Source: Eledone cirrhosa
Taxonomy: Eukaryota
Assembly: GCA_964016885.1 (NCBI GenBank)
Contig: OZ024744.1
Location: forward strand, 68,510,001 to 68,574,000
DNA length: 64,000 nt
Direction: 5' to 3'
Each line of letters opens with the position of its first letter. Position 1 is the stretch's first letter. Below, one piece after another: positions 55,662 to 64,000 of the stretch. Position numbers and translations under genes: made by a program. The notes below the pieces were generated by a model. That model saw only the letters and a list, made by a program, of their open reading frames with translations. It was not told the origin of the DNA and ran no database searches.

Positions 55662-57699
55662 CAGAACCGCATGTTCGACAACAACCAGAAGATGCTGTTT
55701 GGACAGCTTGAGGGGAAAGAAAGAGGCAACGACTTGATCCCTGAGGCGGAACAAACTAAAACATTCTGGAGTGGTAGAAAGGACCAGTTACTTATTGATA
55801 AGATGGTAATGGGGAATTGCAGTAGGAGACACACTGATCTTGCCATGGGATGGATAGACTACAGAAAGGCATTTGACATGGTGCCTCATTCTTGGATCAC
55901 CAAAAGCCTGGAGATCTTCAAGGTGGCAGATAACATCAGACAGTTGTTGGGCAAAAGTATGAGGTCCTGGGAAACAGAGTTGACATCAACTGGAGAGTCC
56001 TTGGGAAGCGTGAAGATCAAGAGAGGTATCTTTCAGGGAGATAGCCTGTCCCCTCTGCTGTTTGTCCTTGCCCTGATGCCCCTGACCAGTGTACTGCGAA
56101 AAGTGAGAGCAGGATACAGGTTGGGAAAGGGAGGGCTTACCATCAATCACCTCCTCTTCATGGACGATCTTAAGCTCTTCGGGAAAAGTGAGAAGGAGTT
56201 GGATGTGCTTGTTGACACTGTCCGTATTTTCAGCAGTGATATATGTATGCAGTTTGGTATTAGTAAGTGTGGAGTCATTGTGATGAGGAGGGTAGGTTGA
56301 GCAGAAGTAACGGAATCCAGATACCAACAGGTGAGATGATAAAGGAAATTGACTCTGAGGAAGGATACAAGTATTTGGGCGTTCTGGAGGCTGATGGCAT
56401 AAAGAACAAAAAAATGAAGGAATTGTTAAGAACTGAATACATTCGGAGAGTAATGAGCGTATTGAAGTCACATCTGAACAGCAGAAATTCCATAAGCGCA
56501 GTAAATTCCCGAGCTGTGTCTATTATTAGGTACAGTGCGGGAATTCTGAGATGGAATGTTGCTGAACAGAAAGAAATGGATAGGAAGACTAGGAAGCTAT
56601 TGACTATCTACAATATGTTCCACAAGAGGAGTGATGTCGATAGACTCTACTTAAGGAGATCTGAGGATGGAAGACGTCTTATCAGCATAGAGGACTGTGT
56701 TCAGATGGAGAAAAACAAGCTACACAAATACGTGACTGAGAGTAAGGAGCCAATGCTCAGAACTGTACTGAAGGAGGGGACAATAGGCCAGGGGATGTCC
56801 AAGGAGGAAATAACATCAAGGAGAAAGAGCAGCCTTCAGGAAAAATCCCTTCATAGTACCTTCTTTGAGAAAACTGAATTTAGAGATCCACAGACATGGA
56901 ACTGGTTGAGAAGAGGAGACCTTAAAAAGGCTACAGAAGGAATGTTAATGGCTGCGCAGAAGCAGGCCCTCAAAACGAAGTGGTTGAAACACCATATTTA
57001 TAAGGAGGAGGCTAGCCCACTGTGCAGGATCTGTGGAGAGAGAGAGAGAGGTGACTGTGGCTCACATTGTATCCGAGTGTAAACACCTAGCCCAGACCCA
57101 CTGTAAGGGCTGGAGACATGATGTGATGGGCAGGGTGATCCACTGGCACCTGTGCAAAGTAAACAATTTACCACATTCTGAGAAATGGTATGCGCATAAA
57201 CCAGAGGCGGTGATAGAAAACGATCAGGTGAAGGTGCTGTGGGATTTTAGGATACAGACGGACAAGAAACTGGAACACAATAGACCTGACCTGGTGGTTT
57301 TGGACAAAGAAAAAAGATCGTGCCTGATTGTGGATGTGGCCTGTCCATTCGACACGAGAGTGCAAGAGAAGGAGAGGGAGAAAATTAACCGATACCAAGA
57401 CTTAAAGTGGGAGGTAAAAAGGATTTGGAACTGCCATGAAGTCAAAGTGATCCCGATTGTCATAGGCGCACTAGGGACTATCTCAAAAAGTTTCCAGGGA
57501 TGGTGAAAGAAAATTGGCCCCTTCACGCTTTTTGGAACGCTTCAAAAGGCATGCTTGCTGGGAACAGCAAGAACCCTCCGATACGTCCTGAATATCTGAG
57601 GCTGCAGGTAGTGGCTTGATATTCATCTCAACAAACTTTCCAGTTAACTAACATCAATGACTGAGACTCAAAGAGTAATAACAATGATAATAATAATAA
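55662..57699 (+). mobile_element. Second Dong/R4 family, 5'-truncated and internally deleted
   Basis: [52 protein letters not shown]. (AAT)n tail. Confidence 0.9.
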
Positions 57700-57977
57700 T
57701 AAGGGGTCTAATGATTACTTATCGCAAATCACAGGAAACCCGCGTATAGGAGAAATACAAAAGATAGTACTCATGGGAACTGCCCATATACTAAGGAAGA
57801 TTCTGTCAATATAAGTACATCACAAGTCTAAACACTAAAGATGCATGTGTGTGTATGTATGTTCTTTCTTAAACATGGCGGACCTTCTTGTCTCTTGAGG
57901 TCACTGGTTGTGACTTGGTGATAACTCGTATGAACATAAAGCAAGATAAATGCAACTGTAATAATAATAATAATAAT
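57700..57977 (+). mobile_element. Short 3' end of the first Dong family
   Basis: Matches 55384-55661 with about 6 substitutions. Confidence 0.9.
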
Positions 57978-57996
57978 AACAACAACAATAATAATA

Positions 57997-58180
57997 ATTG
58001 TTTTTACTTTTGACACAAGGCCAGCAATTATTCTAGTGTATTACTGGTACTTTATTCCATACACCCCGTAAAGATGAAAGTTAACCTTGACGGGATTTGA
58101 ACTCAGACCGTAAGTGGGCATAACTCTATGCTACAAAGAACGGCGTCCTGCCCTTACCGAAACTGCCGATCTACCGCCCA
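57997..58180 (-). mobile_element. SINE (8039 family)
   Basis: Reverse-complement A box, B box and core. Confidence 0.8.
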
Positions 58181-58199
58181 ATAATAATAACAATAATGC

Positions 58200-58955
58200 T
58201 GTCTTTATTATAACATTAAGGACAGTACACGACAATACAGGGCGGTACAAATGGGCATTTCTGCGTATAAAAAAACAAAAACAGAGGATGTAACAAAAAA
58301 AAAAGCAAGGAAAAATACCCCAATAGCGGGGAGACTTACGAGAGTCGCTCGTGCAGAAAACCCATAAAAAAGCCACGATTACCCTGACCGCTAGAGCAAG
58401 TGCCCTCTTCCAGTTTTCCCCCTACAATACAACAGGCACACGCTCAGGGTAGGTCCATTCAATCGTGTCCACCACACGACCTCTTTCGCCATGGCCACCA
58501 GGCAGATAAAACTGCCTGCCCTTTCCAGCTAAAGGAATTCGGCGGGGCAATCCTCACGATGGACTCAACTGATAGCCGGATTCGTCCTACACGTGACAGC
58601 AGGTGTTCGACATAAACGCACAAGTCAGCAATGCTCGTACACTGGTCGAGTGCGTGCAGGACGGTTTCGTCGCCCTGCGCGCATCTCGAACAGGCCCAGC
58701 TGTCGGCACTTCCATGCCTGTAGAGTTTATCATGAACTGGAAAAGCTCCCTGCCAGGCCAGGGATTTCTGGAAGTTGTCCATGGGCCCCGACCCGAAAGT
58801 TATCCCGAATAGATTGGCTAGTTGATTTTCGTCGACGCCCAGTGTCTTCCCAAGGACGTCGTCGCTCTTTCCTTCCACTAACCCTCTATAGAACGCCAAG
58901 GTGGAGTTTCCACTGATCGCAGCGTCCGATTGTTCGACGGCTGTAAGCAGCTGAA
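58200..58955 (-). mobile_element. L1/Tx1-type LINE 3' fragment (zinc-knuckle region)
   Basis: SLAW..AFPVHDKL..ACSRC..DETVLHALDQC, followed by a T-rich 3' region. Confidence 0.7.
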
Positions 58956-59741
58956 GACATTCCAATCTCATAATAATTTTTATTGCAAATGGGACATACA
59001 GCATCAGCCTTTTTTCTCAGGAGGTGTGATCCTATAATACCTTGGCATATGGTTCAAATATTTAATTTTGTATTAGACATTTTATATTAAAAAAAGATAT
59101 ACAAATGGAAGAAAACCCCTCTGCGTAAACTAAATACAATAGCCAAATAACGGCAATTTCACGATCACCACCATCAATCCCAGCATAATGATAATTATTA
59201 TTATTGTATCTCAAAGTGTCTCAAACTGTTTAGTTCAAATATTAAGGAAGGGTGTCAACCTGTATATTAAATATAAGTAACAAACCACAAAGCTACTGAA
59301 CAGAACATAGACACAACATAGCTAACAAAAATATCAAACACAACAACATCACATTGTAATGGCTACAAAATTTAGTCAAGACAAACCAACAGCAACATCA
59401 ACGCCATCACTACAGCTCCATCGCCACCACCACTATTCACTTCTGTTAACTTAAGAAAAGACGACATAAAATTTGATGAGAAGGAGAGGGAAGGTAGCAG
59501 TAACAGTAGACAAGACTAGAAAGGAAGAATCTTCAGAAAGAATCTTCAAACCCGGTCAAAATGAAATTTGGAACATCTCAACAGTAACAGTTAGAATGAC
59601 ACCCATGTCCCCCACCGACAATAGAACACCCCCGCTCCCCACTAACAACACTTCAGAAATCTATTTTTAGACTAAAGTCAATAACCTTGCAACCTGCTAC
59701 CAAACTGCCTTACTGTGTTTAATGTGTGTAAGTATATAGAT

Positions 59742-60360
59742 ATAGGAATGAAAAATGGCGTGCTGCATTGTTGCGAATGTGATACATATGAATTAAAAAA
59801 ATAGAGCAAGAAACGAGGACTATCCGTCATCAGTGATCTTCTGGCCATCATCGGTATTTCTTCGCATTAAAGACCAGATACCTCAAGCCAGCGCGAAAAA
59901 TAACTAAAATAAGTTATTGGGATAAAAAGAATTGGGTGGAGAAAGAGAGACATGTAAACAAACAAAAATGGTAAGGCAACGTAAAGATAGGAAAATGATA
60001 CATGTGAACTTCAATTCTAGCAAATCATTGACGAGAAGACGAAGGACGCCTCCGAATCCTGCGAAATGTAAGCGGGAAAAGGATTTCACACATGTCAGAC
60101 GGGAGGAAGTGAGAGAGGGGGAGTAGCAGAGAGTGAGTGAGTGAAAGTGAGAGGAAGAAGCCAGCCGAGAGAGGGTGACCAGCAGAGGGGTGAATGAAAG
60201 TAAGAGGTACCAAGAGAGAGAAGGGTGAGAGAGAAAGAGGATAGCAGTAAGGGAATAGAAAAAGACAGGTCACAGCGAGGGGAAAAGTATAGGAATGAAA
60301 AATGGCGTGCTGCGTTGCTGTGAATGTGATACATATGAATTAAAAAATAGAGGAAGAAAC
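59742..60360 (-). mobile_element. Solo pLTR-type unit related to 16039-16760, with rearranged HHR-like motif at 59824-59891
   Basis: Terminal direct repeat 59742-59814 matches 60288-60360. Collinear similarity to the 16-kb repeat. Confidence 0.7.
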
Positions 60361-60363
60361 CAG

Positions 60364-61732
<1,369 letters not shown>

Positions 61733-61737
<5 letters not shown>

Positions 61738-62043
61738 AAGTTAAATAAAAAGTCAAATGTTTAAAATTTAGTTTCGTTTATTACTGCTATATATATTTCG
61801 GTGACAGCCATCTTTGGCTGTGACCTCTTCAGGCAGTTCGAATTATAACAACCCAACAAGGAACTGGGCATATCAGAGTATTGACAAAATTATACACCTC
61901 AACAACATATGTACTTGTCTATACCACACTAATTCGGACTGCCTGAAGAGGTCACAGCCAAAGATGGCTGTCACCGAAATATATATACCAGTAATAAACG
62001 AAGCTAAATTTTAAACATTTGACTTTTTATTTAACTTTATTTT
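61733..62043. ncRNA. Inverted-repeat element with two HHRs (61783-61837 minus, 61938-61992 plus)
   Basis: actgc CTGAAGA ggtcacagcca aaga tggctgtcacc GAA ATATATAT A (g/c)cagt. Confidence 0.82.
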
Positions 62044-62412
62044 ACATTACTCTGGAGTAACCAAACCAACCTGCGCACTTCGTCGAGTGCTCCAGCCTGC
62101 ATATTGAGGTGTTGGTATACAACCAACATATACTCAAAATCTATATATATATGTATATATCTCATAGATCGAGTTAGAAACTCAAAATAGTATTTTACAA
62201 TTAAATAGCTCAAAGAAGGAAATCTTTCCGAGCCGTGTAATATAATTGAATATATGAGAGAGATGAACAGATACAAGTGTACATGTGTTCCAATTGCAAA
62301 TGACCAAGTTAGCTAGGTTGAAAAAATACTAATTTAAAACAATATGGTTTGCCTGGCTCGAATTAAAGTAATAAATCAATAAAAATAACAAACCTATATC
62401 GGGCAACAGCCT

Positions 62413-62488
<76 letters not shown>

Positions 62489-62568
62489 TTATCCCGGGTT
62501 CAATCGGGGGTAACCACAGTATGTAAGGTACTCAATACAAAGCTGAGTATAAATGTTTAATATAGAAA

Positions 62569-62619
62569 AGCTTCTACAGGACTAGAATTGTTTCATTCGT
62601 GAGAAATCATCAGGAAGCT
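62569..62619 (-). ncRNA. Type I HHR motif
   Basis: agcttc CTGATGA tttc tcac gaat GAAA caa ttctagtc ctg TA gaagct. Confidence 0.72.
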
Positions 62620-63339
62620 GACTGTCCAAGTAACTATGGTGGTATTTATATATTTGCTGGTGGTAGGAGAGGGTGGGGATTGGGAGGGGTGGAGGCCATT
62701 GGTTGATGTGTTTAAAGAAAAGGGAATTCTTTAAAAGCTAATTCTTTAAAACTATAATTTATATTTAGAGTGACAAAGGCAGAAAGAATTCTATAAACAA
62801 GTTCAAATTGGAGTGCCACTCCTTATTTTTAAGTTTCTCTTAAGCTAACAATGCCTATATTTCAGGTGTCTACAATATATATATAGAAAACTATAAATTA
62901 CAATATAGAACATAACGTTGGGGAAGTAACTCCAATAAGCTACAATGTCACCCTCCCCACTACGACTCCTAGTATCCCCACCTCCAACACCACTCTTACT
63001 ACAGGAACAGTTGAGAAAATTCTCTTACACCTGTCACAGCTGCAACCATAACATCACCTCAATCAACAACTGTAACAGTCATAACTATACTGTTGTTATA
63101 ATGGTAATAATGATTTCACTGCTGGCCAACCAATGCACTACCCAAAGAGCCGGGCAACATTCCAAGGACTTCCGATTCCATGTGTAACGCAAGTATGTAT
63201 TGCGGGAAGAACAAATAAAAATGAATACAGAACACCAAATCGCTTGTCCTAAGGTTAATCAGAAAGCCTTGTCGCCTGGCACAAACTCTTCTCTGACTAT
63301 GTACCTGGATGGTCATTTGAACGAGGATTGCCCCAACTC

Positions 63340-64000
63340 GAGAAGGTAAGTAATGCCACTTGGATAGCAAGTGGCATTACTTACCTTCTACCAAAGAACA
63401 TTGAAACTAAAGATCCAAAAAACTATCGGCCCATAACCTGCTTGTCCACCATTTATAGGCTATTAATCTCTATTCTCATGGAGAAAGTATACGTGTTTTT
63501 GGAGGAGAACAATCTTTTCCCCATTGAACAAAAAATGTGCCGACGAGGTTCATATGGTTGTAAAGATCAACTCTTGATTAATCGTATGATCCTTGAGAAC
63601 TGTCATAGTAAACACAGAAATCTCAGTTCTGCATGGATCGACAATAAAAAATCTTTTGACAGCATACCGCACTCATGGATTTTTAAATCATTGGACATCT
63701 TCAAAATCTCAGCTGTGATTTCAAACTTTCTGAAACACAATGTCATTATGAAACACAAATATCCAATTATTTCATTCCAATGGAGTACTAAGTTCTAAGA
63801 ATATAAACACCAACTGTAGCATTTTCCAAGGTGACTCACATTCTCCCTTACTTTTTTGCATAGCTTTAATTCCCCTGACATCCAAACTTAATAGAATAGG
63901 GTATGGTTACAAAATTGAAAACAAGAAAATAAGCCACCTATTTTATATGGATCATTTAAAGTTATATTGCAAAGACAATAATGAGCTGGAAGGCCTTTTG
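63340..64000 (+). mobile_element. Dong/R4 RT fragment running off the window
   Basis: GITYLLPK..NYRPITCL..GCKDQLLIN..AWIDNKKSFDSIPHSW, with frameshifts. Confidence 0.88.

Overview
Repeat-saturated, AT-rich eukaryotic DNA with no host gene, tRNA or rRNA that I can support. The SINE type, microsatellite load and TE mix suggest a mollusc, probably an octopus or other cephalopod (inference). Contents: two copies of a Naiad-like Penelope-like element (PLE), one with an uninterrupted 1237-aa RT+GIY-YIG ORF; several other PLE fragments; a full-length RTE LINE; a chain of Dong/R4-type LINEs in an (AAT)n site; a Buster-type hAT with TIRs and TSD; non-autonomous Helitrons including a head-to-tail dimer; mariner and Tx1 remnants; and tRNA-derived SINEs. 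The main unannotated layer is RNA. By eye I find more than 20 hammerhead-ribozyme (HHR) motifs from about a dozen families, mostly in short, often fold-back elements between (TA)n tracts. They include U3-A8 core variants, HHRs with very long stem II, a retrozyme-like tandem, and a covarying, non-circularly permuted HHR-like motif with a kink-turn. All structures were folded by hand; no searches were run and no cleavage activity is shown.
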